This document shows positions 26,319-39,399 of a stretch of DNA of 64,000 nt, piece after piece. This DNA comes from Eledone cirrhosa. Lineage: Eukaryota. The notes under the pieces are model-generated. The model had not been told where the DNA came from and made no database searches. It was given only the letters and a program-made list of their open reading frames with translations. The number at the start of each line of letters is the position of its first letter. Positions within the stretch are counted from its first letter, which is position 1. The translations under genes were made by a program, and so were the position numbers. The DNA is taken from NCBI GenBank assembly GCA_964016885.1, contig OZ024741.1, positions 98,952,001 to 99,016,000 of the forward strand, in the 5' to 3' direction.

Positions 26319-29300
26319 CTACAGAACAATGTAGAGAGAAGGCCCATTTACACGGGCCATTCTCGCTTCTTTCACCCACCTTTCATAAAACTGTCTGGGA
26401 CCAAGCACTTCTCTCTCCATCCTGATTCTTCTTCCGAAGTGGTATCGGAAGAAGTAAACCAGGTGATGGCCGGAGAGAAAGTCACCCGACCTCAGACCTT
26501 TCAGGCGCGTCCACCACACAACCTCTTTCATCATGGCTATTACGCACAGAAAGACCGCCTCTGCTTCATTTCTGAAGGGAGGAGGCGGCTTGATGTTCAC
26601 CACAGACTCGGCGGTTAATCGAATCGGCGCCACACGCGACAGCAGTCGTTCGACGTAGCCCCACAGATCGGCAACGCCCGGGCAGTGTACCAGTGCATGC
26701 GCAACGGTTTCCTCGTCGCGCACGCATCTGGGACAGATCTTTTTCGCGGGATCCCTGCCCGGGCGCCCGTGTCTGTAGAGCTTTTCTCGAACGGGCAGAG
26801 CCCCCCGGTAACACTGCCAGGCTAGGGACCTCTGGAAGTTGTCCATGGGTCCCGGGCCGAAAGTTCTACCGAACAGGCTGGCCAGTTCATCCTCCTCCAT
26901 GCCTAGCGACTCTCCAAGGGTGTCGTCGCCCCTGCTAGCCACCAACCCTCTATAGAATGTCGAGGTGGATTCTCCACTGACAGTCGGGTCCGCTTGCCAG
27001 ATAGCCGTGAGCGCCTGGGCACACTCAGTGTGCCAGTTGCCCAGTTTTCTCGGTCTTTGCTTCACCCAGGATTGCAGTTCGGTGAGCGAGACGAGCTGTG
27101 GGAAGGCTCGCCTCACAAACGGGGCCCACACCGGCTGACCGTTGAAGAATACCTGTAGATGCCGTAGCCTCAATGCGTGCCTACGCATCAACAGCCACGG
27201 CATACCCAGCCCTCCTTTCGAAGGGTGCTGGCAGCAGATGGATCTCCTCACCATGGGAGGCCGCTTCTTCCAGAGGAACTGGAAGAGCATGCGTTCCATG
27301 ATGGTGAGCTTTTCCTTGGGGCAAGGCACGACGGTCAGGCGGTAGTAGATGACGGACGCTATGTAAGCGTTCGTCACCTCCGCCCGACCTTTCAGTGATA
27401 GTTTGCACTTGGCCCACTTCTGGGTCAGCGCAAACACCCTGCTCGTCACCTCGCCCCAATTCTTCTCCACCTGGAGGTCCGGTCCGAACCAGACCCCGAG
27501 CAGCTTCACCGGGCCCTCCGTCCACCGCCCGACGACACCGTCTAACGGCATCGGTTTGCCCCTCCACGTTCCGAGTTGCAAACCGACTGACTTGTCCTGG
27601 TTCAGCTTAGCCCCCGTCAGCCTTTCGTATTCCTCCAGTAGGGTGGCGATCGCCCCGATTTCCGAGGCGTCCGCCACCATTACTGTTACGTCGTCGGCAT
27701 AGGCCGAGACCGCTTTGTGCAATCCCGGTTCCAGGGGTATGCCCCGCAGCAACTCATACTTCCGCAGCAGTGGCTCGAGAGTCAATACGTACAGAAGGGA
27801 GGAGAGGGGCACCCCTGTCTGATGGATCGGGTGATTTGAAACGGCTCCGAGAGGTAGCCGTTTACTTTAATCCTAGAGTAGATGTTGCCACTGTGCATGG
27901 CAGAAATCCAGCCCCTGAAAACGGGTCCGAAGCCCGCCGCCGCTAGCACCGCATCCAGGTAACCATGGTCGACCCTATCGAACGCCTTAGATTGATCCAA
28001 GTTGATCAGGGCCCCACCAAAGCCGGGTTCGTAGCCAACCCTCTCTATGATGTATCGCATGAGGTGGAGGTTGTCGTGAATGGACCTGGACGGGATAGCG
28101 CATGTCTGCGCGTCTCCCACCAAACCACCCACCACAAGCGCCAACCTCTTCGCCAACACCTTGGCCAAAATCTGTAACTCTGCATTCAGCAGAGTTATGG
28201 GCCTAAAGTTACTTAAGTCGTCCCCCTTGCTCTCGTCCTTCCTCACTAGCGTGACCACGCCCTTGGTCACAGAACAGGGAATTCTCCCGTTCTGTTGCCA
28301 GTTGCAATAGACAGCCTCGAGGAGTTCGGAGAACAAGACCGGGAAAGCTAAATAAAGTTCGTATGGTAGACCATCGAGACCCGGGGATTTGCGTCTGCTG
28401 CATTGGCTGAGCGCTTCCCCGATTTCAGTGGCTGTGATTGGCCCTTCGCAGCACTCCGCTTCGCCGCTCGAAAGACGCGGTAGACCGTCGAGGTATGGAC
28501 CGAAGTCCACATCCCCGTCCGGCCCCCCGCCACCTCCGAACAGTCGAGCAAAGTGCCTTTGAAAGGTCTCGCACATTCGCTCAGGTTCAAGGATCACCCG
28601 TCCATCCTGGTCTCGCAAAGACCGAATGGTGGATTTAATCCCACTCTTGGCTTCTGTCACGCGGGCCCAGCTAACAGCTTTGGTCCCCTCGTTTCCTAAA
28701 GCACGTATTTTACTTCGGACAACGCAGCCTTCGTGCTTCGCGTCAAAGAACTGGCTCAATGCCGTTCTCGTCGCTAACATTCTGGCTACGTCTCCGCTCC
28801 TAATCGCCTCTTCTAGTTTATCTGTTAACTCCCTTTCCCTCCTATTTCTATTCGCCGCTAGTTCCTTACTGTACCCTATCGAACTTACTCTAATCTCTCT
28901 CTTTAGAGATATCCACCACCTACTGTTGACGATCGCTCCCGTCAACCGCATCTTAACTAAGCTACTAATCCGGTTTCTGTAATCTTTCTTTGTCGGTAAG
29001 GACAAGTTCATCTTCCAGTAACCGGGACCCTGTCTATGCGTTCTATCAAGGTTGACCACGCAGGTCACTAATTTGTGATCTGAATAGCCAACCATGATCA
29101 GTTCTGGACAACTAAATACGTCCCTATCCTTACTCCTAACCAAAAACCTATCTAGGTACGATCTAGATTGTCCACTGCGGTTTGCCCAGGTCCAGGTTGG
29201 CGCAGTTGGACAATCTAGTCGAAATCTATCGACCAGGTCGAATCGATCGAGTAACCCCTTGAGGCTGCTACACCCCCCTCTATCGGGACATGCCCCTGCA

Positions 29301-29746
29301 TAGTCCCAACGCGCATCTAGGATTCCATTCCAGTCCCCCACTAAAAGCAGGGAACGCGACGTTCCTAGAAAAGTCTCCAGACGTTGGAAGAAGTCGGCTC
29401 TCTCCGCCCCGAAGGGAGCATAAAGACCGACCAGTCTGAAAGCCCCGCCTTCACCACCTCCGACGTCCAGCACCAGTAATCGACCCCCCGGGTCCGAGTG
29501 AACAATCTGTACGTCGAGAGTCAGACGTTTATCCAGCAGTACGGCAACTCCCCCCCCGCCTCCGGGTTGACAGAGAGATGCGTGCATCTCAAAGTCATCG
29601 AAGGCGGGCGCCAGCTGTCTCACGCTGCTGATCCGACTCTCGCAAACAACCATCACATCTATACTTTGTGACCTGAGGTCACTTAGAAGCTTTGCTTGCT
29701 TCCAAGCTGAGCTCAGGCCACGCGCGTTCAAACAGCCAACTCTCAA
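26319..29746 (-). CDS. LINE ORF2: APE endonuclease, reverse transcriptase and CCHC zinc finger; single frameshift at ~27806
   Basis: LNARG, GDWN, YLDR, SDH (EN); KSPGLDGLP, NFRPITLLN, DQSKAFD, RQGCPLS, YADD (RT); CPRC-x8-H-x4-C. Copy F has G5 where this copy has G4. Confidence 0.92.
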
Positions 29747-29751
29747 TTGAT

Positions 29752-31587
29752 CTATTTTGGTGTTGAAAGTGAAGAAAGAAAAGCACTTACCTCTCCGGGT
29801 TGCGTAATTTCCATGGCATCAGGTGTGTTGGGTGGAGGGATGTTTTGTGGTGGTGTGGGGGTACACGTGTGTGGTGGGGTTGGGGTATTTGGAGTTGTGT
29901 CAGGGAGAGGGGCGGTTATGGGGAAATCTTTCAAGAGGACGCGATTCAACGGTTTTAAACAGGGGGGGCTCACGTCCCGTCTAAATTGTTCTTTTAAGGA
30001 ACGATAAAGGTCCAGAGGGACCTTTATCATTTTTAAATGGGTGAAGTTCTCTGTTGAGATAAAGTTTGGCCCTTCGGTCTCCACCATAGGGTTATTGTTT
30101 ATTAATTTAACCAGTTTTTTGTTTTCCTTATTTATATATGTGTATTGCAACGTCTTTTTTTGTGATGCTGTCAATGTTTCGGAGAGGGGAGGCGCAGATT
30201 TATTTTTGTTTGTTGAGGGTGGGGTGTTTTTGATTGGAGTTGGTGTTTGTGTGTGGGTTATTTGTGGTGTGCTGGGTGTGTGTTTTCTTTTTTTTCTTTT
30301 AACTTGTCTGAAGGCTTCTCCTCCTTCTTCTTCAGAAGTTGGGGGAAACTCTTCAGCGCTAGGTGGGAGGGACGTGTTGTGTGGTTGTTTTTTTTTTGCG
30401 GGAGGGGTAGATTTGTTACTGTTTTTTTTATTATTTGTTTGGAATGGGTTTTGTGGTGGTGGTGGTGGTAATGTTTGTGTCGTGCTTGTGGTTGGTAATG
30501 GTGGTGGTGATGTTTGTGTTGTGGTTGGTGGTGGTGATTTTTGTGTCGTGCTTGTGTTTGGTGCTGGTGGTGGTGATGTTTGTGTTGTGTTTGTGGTTGG
30601 TGGTGTCTGTATTTTGTTTGCTGTGTGTGGTATTAGTGTATTTTTGGAGGTGGGTGGTGCTGGTGTACTGTTTGTGGTGGGTGTGGGCAATAGTCCTTTT
30701 TGGGGGATACGTTTCGGGCAGTTAGCCTTAACGTGTCCCCTTTCCATGCATAAATAGCATGCTGGTCTTCTCCCCTCTACAATTATGTCTATTGGGGTAA
30801 GGTCATCCAGCCAGATGCGATCCGGGATTTGTGCTATTCTTTCGGGCCTCATTTGGACTAGTATGTCGAGGCCCATTCCCAGGAACGCATCTCCAGTTGC
30901 CTTCCCCATTGACAGCATAGTGTCTTCGCCCATATCAATGAAGCCAGCAATAGCCCACCAGAAGTCCATTGTGGGCAGCATTGTTTTTACTTTTATTCTT
31001 TGTGTTCTTCTACCCATGTAGGAGGGATAGAAGCTATATGTTGTCGACGAGAGTGGGCTTAGGGAAAGCTGAACCGCCGTTTCTTTGTCTCTTGTTAGGA
31101 CCGAAATGCTGCCATAGAGTCGGTCCTTTCGTATGAAGAGAATATTCTTCATGTAGTCTTTTAGGACTAACTCTATTTCCATTTGGCTGGGCTGTGCTGG
31201 CTTTCTTGACTGGTTTAGTATAGTTCTGTATATAACTGTGTTTTCTGCTCTGGCTTTCTTGAATTCTGGGGGGGAGTTAATGGAAAACATTCCGTTCTCC
31301 CCCAAAACAATATGTTTCTTTGCTTCGGCCAGTTTTTCTCTGGCGGCAGTTAGGTCAATTGGTGTGTATGTAATGGATTGCTTTGTTTTCTGGGCGAAAG
31401 TTGCCCTGTCGTTATTTGTATTATTTTCTGTTTGTTTGTTTTCTGTTTGCTCATTTTCCTTAACATTTGTTTTTTCATTTTGTTTGTTTGTTTCAATGTC
31501 TAATTTTGTTGTAATTATTTTTTGTTCTTCAGACTTGGGGGGCGTGGCAGAGCTAATGGCAGACATGTCTGCCATCTTTTCCGCCAT
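29752..31587 (-). CDS. LINE ORF1: nucleic-acid-binding protein with CCHC zinc knuckle and Pro/Thr-rich region
   Basis: Open frame of 620 codons (first ATG at 31587); CYLCMERGHVKANC = C-x2-C-x4-H-x4-C; directly upstream of ORF2. Confidence 0.9.
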   Translation of the reverse strand: MAEKMADMSAISSATPPKSEEQKIITTKLDIETNKQNEKTNVKENEQTENKQTENNTNNDRATFAQKTKQSITYTPIDLTAAREKLAEAKKHIVLGENGMFSINSPPEFKKARAENTVIYRTILNQSRKPAQPSQMEIELVLKDYMKNILFIRKDRLYGSISVLTRDKETAVQLSLSPLSSTTYSFYPSYMGRRTQRIKVKTMLPTMDFWWAIAGFIDMGEDTMLSMGKATGDAFLGMGLDILVQMRPERIAQIPDRIWLDDLTPIDIIVEGRRPACYLCMERGHVKANCPKRIPQKGLLPTPTTNSTPAPPTSKNTLIPHTANKIQTPPTTNTTQTSPPPAPNTSTTQKSPPPTTTQTSPPPLPTTSTTQTLPPPPPQNPFQTNNKKNSNKSTPPAKKKQPHNTSLPPSAEEFPPTSEEEGGEAFRQVKRKKRKHTPSTPQITHTQTPTPIKNTPPSTNKNKSAPPLSETLTASQKKTLQYTYINKENKKLVKLINNNPMVETEGPNFISTENFTHLKMIKVPLDLYRSLKEQFRRDVSPPCLKPLNRVLLKDFPITAPLPDTTPNTPTPPHTCTPTPPQNIPPPNTPDAMEITQPGEVSAFLSSLSTPK

Positions 31588-32095
31588 GCTGCCAAGAAAG
31601 AAATTTTTCGGCAAAAATAGATATTTATTTTACCCCCTAAAAAGGGGGTAAATGCAAAAATGTTTCCCTAAATAACAGGGGTTAGTGTTCCAAATGTGTT
31701 GCACTAAAAAATTTATCCGGTACTTACAATAGTAAGGGTAAATCCCGATGGAATAGCGGAGCCGATGCGAAGCGTGTCTTACTCTATCAAGATAGATAGA
31801 TAGATAGATAGACAGACAGATAGTTAGATAGATAGATGTTCTCTACAAAGGTAACATATTCATATTCTTGTTAAGAAAATGGCTACTTATCAGCTACAAA
31901 ACTACTAATCGGAAAATATAGAAGCTGTGATGATCTTTCACAACATGTTTTGTAAGCTACCTTGATCTTAAACATTGCTGTATTATCTAATTTTGAGCAC
32001 AGCTTTGTCTAACCTTGTAATGTTTTCCTTAACAGGTGGTTCCCTCCTGCTATACAACCATCTCATGCTCTATTGCTATATAAATGCACACACGT

Positions 32096-32133
<38 letters not shown>

Positions 32134-32154
32134 ATATATATATATATATAAATA

Positions 32155-32273
<119 letters not shown>

Positions 32274-32421
32274 CATACATCATAAATGTATAATATATAA
32301 ATGTCGTGTGTTGCGTGTTGTATTTCAACTTTTAGTTTAGTAGTCCCATTTTCCGCATATGTTATTAGTTATTACATGTAATGACGCAATATGAAGATCT
32401 TCGTTCAAAGACAAATTATGT

Positions 32422-32460
<39 letters not shown>

Positions 32461-32461
32461 C

Positions 32462-32492
<31 letters not shown>

Positions 32493-35400
32493 CTCTCTCT
32501 CTCCTTCTCTCTCTCTCTCTTTGTGTGTGTATATATATATACACAAATAGAGAGAGGGGGAGAGAGAGAGAGAGAGAGGGAGAGAGAGAGGTAAATATAC
32601 ATACACACACATACACGTGCCTGTGTATACACAATAGTATCCCAAAATATCTGTTCTTCTCTCTCTTTTTCTCTCTACTTCACGTAATCTTGCCTCCTCC
32701 CTCTGCACCTCTCTTTCGTTCTTGCTATGTAAATAAAGTTTTCCTTTGTTTTGTTGCATAAAACATACAATTTCTCAATACATCCTTAGGTTAGAAGTGT
32801 GCCGAAGCTGATTGATGTTTGTCTTACGTAAGTAAACTAGATTGCATGTTCAAAACAAAGGTTTCGATGAATCAGCCTATTGGTTGACAATGTATATCAG
32901 CTGGTTGGAAAGACACCACTAATAACGACTAAATAGATTAAATTGCGCTCATCCGGTTTTACATATAGCCATGGGCTCTGGAGTCATTTGATAAACATCA
33001 TGCATAAGAATAATGTATATCAAAATTAACGACACTGAATCTGGGCAAGTTTTGCTTAGGAATGGAGTTTCGTCGTGAATGATATGGTTTTTTTTCTGTA
33101 AAACAGACGTCACAGTATTTTGAACTATTCCTAAACACTAGAACGTATCCAATATTGTTTATTTAATGCTAGTGGTCTCCAATTTCATCTTATATTTAGA
33201 ATGAGTTGTAATTTCGTTGAGGATAATATTTGAATGGTTGCTTTATGAGCTCTAGGTGGCTGGTTGGTATTATATAAAGGGGTTATACATTTTAGTTGAC
33301 AGAGCTCCATCTCCTGAGAATCGTTTGCCGACTCCTTTTTCTCTTGGTTTACTTGAAATATTTTTGCATTGTAATTCTTAATGGTAATTGACATATGCAT
33401 GTAGCAGTAGCTTACCATCATGTGATTGTGCAAAACAGCTTGTTAGGTTTGTGGTCATTTAAAAATCATTTGCTGTCAATGGAGTGAAAATGCCTTGCTG
33501 TACTAATTTTTACATCAGTTTTGCTTTCGATAATTTTAAGATTGTTTATTATTTGCTGTTACTTGGGCTTTTCTTGATATCGCTGAATCTTTCTGCTCCG
33601 TTTCCGTACTATGAAGCCCCGTTAAAAGTGACTTTGTCAGAGAATGATGTATTTATCGTTTGGCTGAGCTTGTAATCATATTTACTTTACACATGAAAAA
33701 CGTGTGTGCGCGCGCGCTCAGAACAAATAGATTCGGCAATATATTGATTCAGCTTGGGGAAGTGAGCCATTTCTGTTTTCTGTCTTGACATCTGGGGGAA
33801 ATGCGCTGCCGAGATGAAAATATTTTGGCATCAAAGTAAATTAACTAAAAGTAATACAAACACATACACAAACACACACAAATACTTTCGCGCGCACATA
33901 TTTACGAAGTAGAGTGTTTTTGTGTATGATAAAAATTACATCGTCACACACGAACGATCATTGTAATCTATTTAATTAACTAAATGTTCTCGTCTATATA
34001 GCGTGATGTAAGGCGTCTAGTGCAATAGTGCTTGCAATCTACTTGATTACAATCCGTCGCCCTTAGGTTCATGTGGTGAACTATAAAGCAGCCTGATATG
34101 TGAAGCTTTCCGTTGTAGTGTGCAGCTTCTCTCGCACCAAGACTTCTACAAGACCTACCCACAGACACATACGGTGATGAGGTGATTTGCAACGCCAGGC
34201 TAACTTAACAGGAGATATCAGAGCAGCAGGGGATCCTATAGATACTGTGTGCAAGCCCATCCTGATGGATATGCCATGACACGTTTCTATTACAACCCTG
34301 CTGACTTTTGGGTGATTCCAGCAAGACCCTGTCTGAAAGAAATTCTAGCTTTAGCAGTCAGCTTTAATCTAGTTTTCAATAGACTGTATTTCCGGCAGCT
34401 GGGACGAGTTCCCAGTCATCTGAGGTCTTCCTAGCCACAGGATCTATCTCATGCATTGATGCTTGAAGAAGAAGAGGAAACATCTAGTAACTACGTTCTT
34501 TCAGAATCGATAAAACCTCATGTCAATTTAGATGTGTTCCACTAGTTGATATATGTCATCCAAGGCCGTGTCAGTTACATTTGGTAGACAGAAACTATGT
34601 GAAACCTCATCAGAGGAACTGATCCTGTTTTTCAGTAGTAGATTTAGTTGCTGCCCTGCTGGACACCACCATCTAGCCCTTGTTTACTTTCAGTAGAGTC
34701 CACTCAACTGTAAACATTGGGACCAGTTCTTCATTCTGAGGAAATATATATCTATCTTCATCCCTCTACACTCAGTGGTTACTACCCTTACATCTTCTAC
34801 ACTATTAAAAGAGAGAGGGAGACACTTGCAAAAATGAATACCATTGCCAATATTTCAGATATACTAAGATATTTATAAGAATGGTGCAGTTTTCTCCAAG
34901 AATTGTGAGACATGCAGAAAACATAAAAAATAACTACTAAATAATAGAAATATTTCATTAGTCCGAATATATTTCATGTAAAATACCCCTTTTAAGAATA
35001 AACGTGAGAGAGGGGATCTTTGCATCTATTACGGTGTCATTCCAAATTATGAGTTCTTTATTTTCCACATATAAGGGAACATGAGTGTAGATAAAGGGCT
35101 TTGAGATATAAAAAAAGGGAGAGAAAGTGAGATATGTAACTAAGTTTTAACTAATTCAGAAAAATTACCCATTTAACAGAAAGTGAAAATGAGAGGTTGT
35201 GATATTGAAAATGTTTTCCCCTTCGAAGGATCATTAGCAACTCCGAAGTTAAATGAACTGAAGTGAACGTGCGTCGACTGATATTTGAAATGATGTCGGA
35301 ATCTAAACATCTATCCTATTGCATTTGTCATTGGCCTAGGCAAGAATTAGCGAGGGTGGATTGAATTGATTCATCTGTAATTTCCTGCGCCTGTGTGTAT

Positions 35401-36535
35401 ATATTTGTGTGGGTGCTCGTGAGTGTGTGAGAGAATGTTTATATGTGGCATATATTTTTACCTACATATGTGCATGAATGTAACTATGTATGTTTGTGTA
35501 TGGCATACTTATTTGTATATGCCCATGTGCGTGTGTTTGTTTCTGTGTGACGTGTTTATATATATGACTTTAACTACATGTCGGTGTCTTTGTATATAGC
35601 CTCTGAATATGTATGTATATATAAGTGCGCATGTGTGTATTTGTTATTTTTTTACCATACTTTTATGTTTGTAAATGCACATATATGTGTAGGTATGCAT
35701 GTACATGTGTATGCGTGTGTGTTTGTATATATATTAGCGTGTATGTGTTCGTATGTATGTTTTCTGACATACGCATATGCATATGAATATCTGGATGTGA
35801 ATATGTGCAGGTATGTGTATATATTCGCGTGTGTTTGTGTTCAAGTGCGTGCTTGCACGTGCGAACGTGTGTGCGTGTCTGTCTGCACACGTCAGTATAT
35901 GTCTGCGTGTGTTTATGCAGGTGTTCTTCGGAAAGTAATTGTGTGTCAACCTTACGGTTTTCATTTCGCCTAAATGAATGCGGTGAGAGAGGTGTGAGGG
36001 TGACATAGAAAAACCAAAAGAAAATTAAAAAAATATCAAGCAATCCAAATTTAGAACTAATTAGTTCTAATCTAGAAAATAAAGGAAACACAAGAAAAAC
36101 CAATAATAATAATATTGGTAGTGGTGATGATAATAATAATAATGATAATAATAATAATCTAATTTAGTAAATAATTAGAATCAAGTTAGTGTTCAAATCA
36201 TGGGTGATTACATCTGCTCGGGCGGGTTTAATCGTAGCAGTTGATAAACAGTAAGAATACATTTTTTTCTTTGTAATCGTCTAAGTGTAAAAATAAACGA
36301 ACAAACACTTCGAGCCCCGTCTCCAATTGCAATCGTAGAAAATGTCCACCGAATGACCTATTCATCTGTTGCTAGTAGTAACATAGCCCCTTTATAACTC
36401 TGGATTTCTTTTTCGTTTTACTTGGTGAGGAAGTGTTATAGGTTTATCTAAGAGAGAGAAGTGTTGCATATGGAATATAGAATAGAAATAACTTATCGCG
36501 TTACATCTTAATTTGATTCTATCCCTTCATTGCTT

Positions 36536-36537
<2 letters not shown>

Positions 36538-36600
<63 letters not shown>

Positions 36601-36650
36601 CTAGTAGTAGTAGTAGTAGTAGTAGTAGCAGCAGCAGCAGCAGCAGCAGT
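36538..36650. repeat. (TAG)n/(CAG)n microsatellite
   Basis: Directly visible. Confidence 0.95.
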
Positions 36651-37978
36651 TGTTGATGTTTCTTAAGTGCTATTAGTTATTGTTGATTTAAGCAATACTT
36701 TACTTACCATGAGATTATTTGAGCTCATTCTTGTTTCTTCAAAAACATTATCTTAGACAAGTACTTGGGTCGAATTAATCGACTGGCCTTTCTTCTCCTC
36801 CTCAAAATTTCTAGCCCCACGCTTATGCTTGAAAAGGGTGATGATTGGCAGTACCGTTAGGTTCGTCGAACAAAATGCTTTGTGACATATAGTTAAGTCT
36901 CTTTAAGGTTTATGTTCAAATTCCGCCGAGATCAACTTTGCCTTTTATCAGCAATGAAGATAGTAAGAGACCAGACTGGAGCAGTCTCGGGCGGTGGCCT
37001 GGTGGAATATTTAAGTCATCGGGTGGAATGTATTGCAATGCTTGTTTCGGCTCTGCATTCTGATTTCAAATCCCACCATAACCTACTTGATTTGTAGACT
37101 TAATACGTTACCTGTTTTAACACCACTAACTAGTCTGTTAGTGACTTTAACGCAGTCCCTTCTATTGCAAGCATTCGGTCAAAGTTTCCAGTTTGAGAAT
37201 ACTCTTCTCCCTCTCAATGAATAATCTTTGAGACTTGAAGAAAGTCACAGGCTCTGTCTTTTGTTCTCCAATGAATACGGGATAAGAACAATAACGAGTC
37301 GGATTTATCTACTTTATAGCATTTACTTTCTTTACTATATATTCGAATCCTCTCGGGGTTACTTTCATTCTAATCTCTACAGGGTTAATACGAAAAATGA
37401 CAGTCAAGTATTGGTATCAATTGAATCAAGTGAAATCCTTTGCCAAAAATATGTTGTCTTTGTGCCTACAAAAGTGGTAGGGTGGCAGAAATTGTTCAGC
37501 TCTTAACATACTTTATTTTATTTTCTCCTAGCTTCTGATTCCAAATGGTACCAAGGAGATAAAATAAATGCCAGTAATATACCTTGGCCGTCTCAATCAA
37601 TTATAAGATAAAATCCAAAATGCGTGTAATCATTTTTTTAATACATATATATATTTCTTTTTTAGATGGATTTTCGCTGCGAAAACTAACCTTGTCAAGG
37701 ATAATTACGAATAGCGGAGGATCATAACTGACTGAGTTAATAGGTTTTTTAACCATCAAGTGAACGCTCTGTGGTCCATATCGTGCCAATAGCAATGTGA
37801 ATTGTATATAGCTAACATACTTAATTATTGATGAACCATACCTAGCTACCAAAAGATACCACCCAGTGATACAGCCAAACAAAGTTTCGTTAAATTGCAG
37901 TATTGAATTCAAATCCTACTATAATATGGCTTGAAAATGGATGGTATCAATGAGAGTTTGCTTCTCATAGATACACAG

Positions 37979-38235
37979 TGAAGGCACGTGGTATAGTGGT
38001 AAGGGTGTTGGAATTACGATCGCAATGTGGTCGGTTTGATTTTTGAGCTGGGTTGCGTGTTGTGTTCCTAGGCAAAAACACTTAATTTCAGATTGCTACA
38101 ATATACTCAGCTGAAAATGATTACCAGCAATAGCTGAGGGTTTAACCTCGCGATGGACTGGCGCCTTGTTCAGGGGGGAGTCTTGTACTCTCAGTCACTT
38201 CACGCCATGAAACAGGGATAAGCACCGGCTCAACA
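37979..38235 (+). mobile_element. tRNA-derived SINE, family S2
   Basis: A-box-like gtggtatagtggtaa, degenerate B box, then gtgttcctaggcaaaaacactt core; related copies at 39600-39725 and 59820-60245. Confidence 0.6.
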
Positions 38236-39052
38236 CGCTGTTTGCAGCGCATGAGGGCATACAGATGCACAGGAGTTTTGGTGCTATAGATTTAATAGGA
38301 TAAGAGAGGGTAGCACCCTATTCACAGCCTCGGTTGATGGTAGGAAGCGATGAAGATATCCTCAAATAGAAAACCTGATCCACATACTTGCGAAGTATTG
38401 TACTATGCTAAAATATTCAAGGTTCAAAGAGGCTTTTAAAATACAACCTTTTAAGTCTACCGCAAGTAAGAAAAATTCAAAAGAGAATTTGCGTTATTTC
38501 AGTCTGCACTGTCAACATGGTGAAATTTTGACAGATGAACCGCTAACTAAATATTTAAATGTTGTCAACATAGTTCCTTTTAGCTAACTTTGATGTGTGT
38601 GAATCTATTTTTCCTGCTAACTTAGTTCTTTTGCATATATTTACCCACTTATTGTGCACGAATTAACTTCACATGTCAACAAGAAGAGAGGCACCATGAG
38701 AAACTAAGGCGATCAAATTTCTGGTTTTGATAAAGGAAATTCGAAAACATTTAATCGGAATTATTAGAGTCTTTCAAGTAATTTCATTATTATTTTAAAA
38801 ACTTGGGGATCTATCTGATTAAAGTTAGTAAACTATATGGTGCATCTTTTTATTATATCAATGAAATGAATATTAGCTTTTTGAACTGAGCTGAAAAAGG
38901 GAAGATCATATGTGCCTCGGCCTGAACATAGCGAAATACAAACACTCAACATAACTATTTGTAGATTTATATTTCACTGACACCGTGGTTTAATTAGAAA
39001 CAACCACCAGGTTTTAAAAATCAATATGCCATTTTAAGTGTTATTCATAAAT

Positions 39053-39126
<74 letters not shown>

Positions 39127-39252
39127 CATCTGCGTGATGTTGACGGACGTGAGAATAAGTACTCAATACCGAAATGGAGTTTAATAAGACTGTCTCTCTT
39201 GCACTATCTATCTCTCTCTCATATGCACAGGGTTATGTCAGTCGCTTAAATC

Positions 39253-39353
<101 letters not shown>

Positions 39354-39399
39354 CGTGTGTGTGTGTGTATGTGTAAATTTATATAAAGAGTATATAGGG

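Larger units (their letters stand above)
26088..31790 (-). mobile_element. Tx1/L1-clade LINE copy C, full length (~5.7 kb), near intact, inserted in (GATA)n
   Basis: 5' UTR, ORF1, ORF2 and 3' UTR with AATAAA; (GATA)n at 26037-26087 and 31791-31837. Confidence 0.95.

Noticed and set aside
29752-29790. Apparent 39-nt intron (GAG|GTAAGT...pyrimidine tract...TAG|) at the ORF1/ORF2 junction on the minus strand
   Set aside because: Splicing gives GAG ATC AAT TGA, a stop, and does not fuse ORF1 to ORF2; the intron would also be very short.
26222-31651. Plus-strand and alternative-frame ORFs over the Tx1 copies (also 46.6-54.3 kb)
   Set aside because: They are antisense or frame shadows of GC-rich ORF2 and low-complexity ORF1; their recurrence only reflects copy similarity.
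33180-33680. Possible minus-strand exons with GT-AG-like boundaries
   Set aside because: No consistent open frame or recognisable protein; RNA-seq would be needed.
33970-34800. Higher-complexity stretch that could be an exon or an old LINE
   Set aside because: Only short ORFs and no motif I can identify.
37979-38050. tRNA gene (also 60177-60245)
   Set aside because: A/B-box-like heads continue into SINE bodies and no intact cloverleaf is evident.
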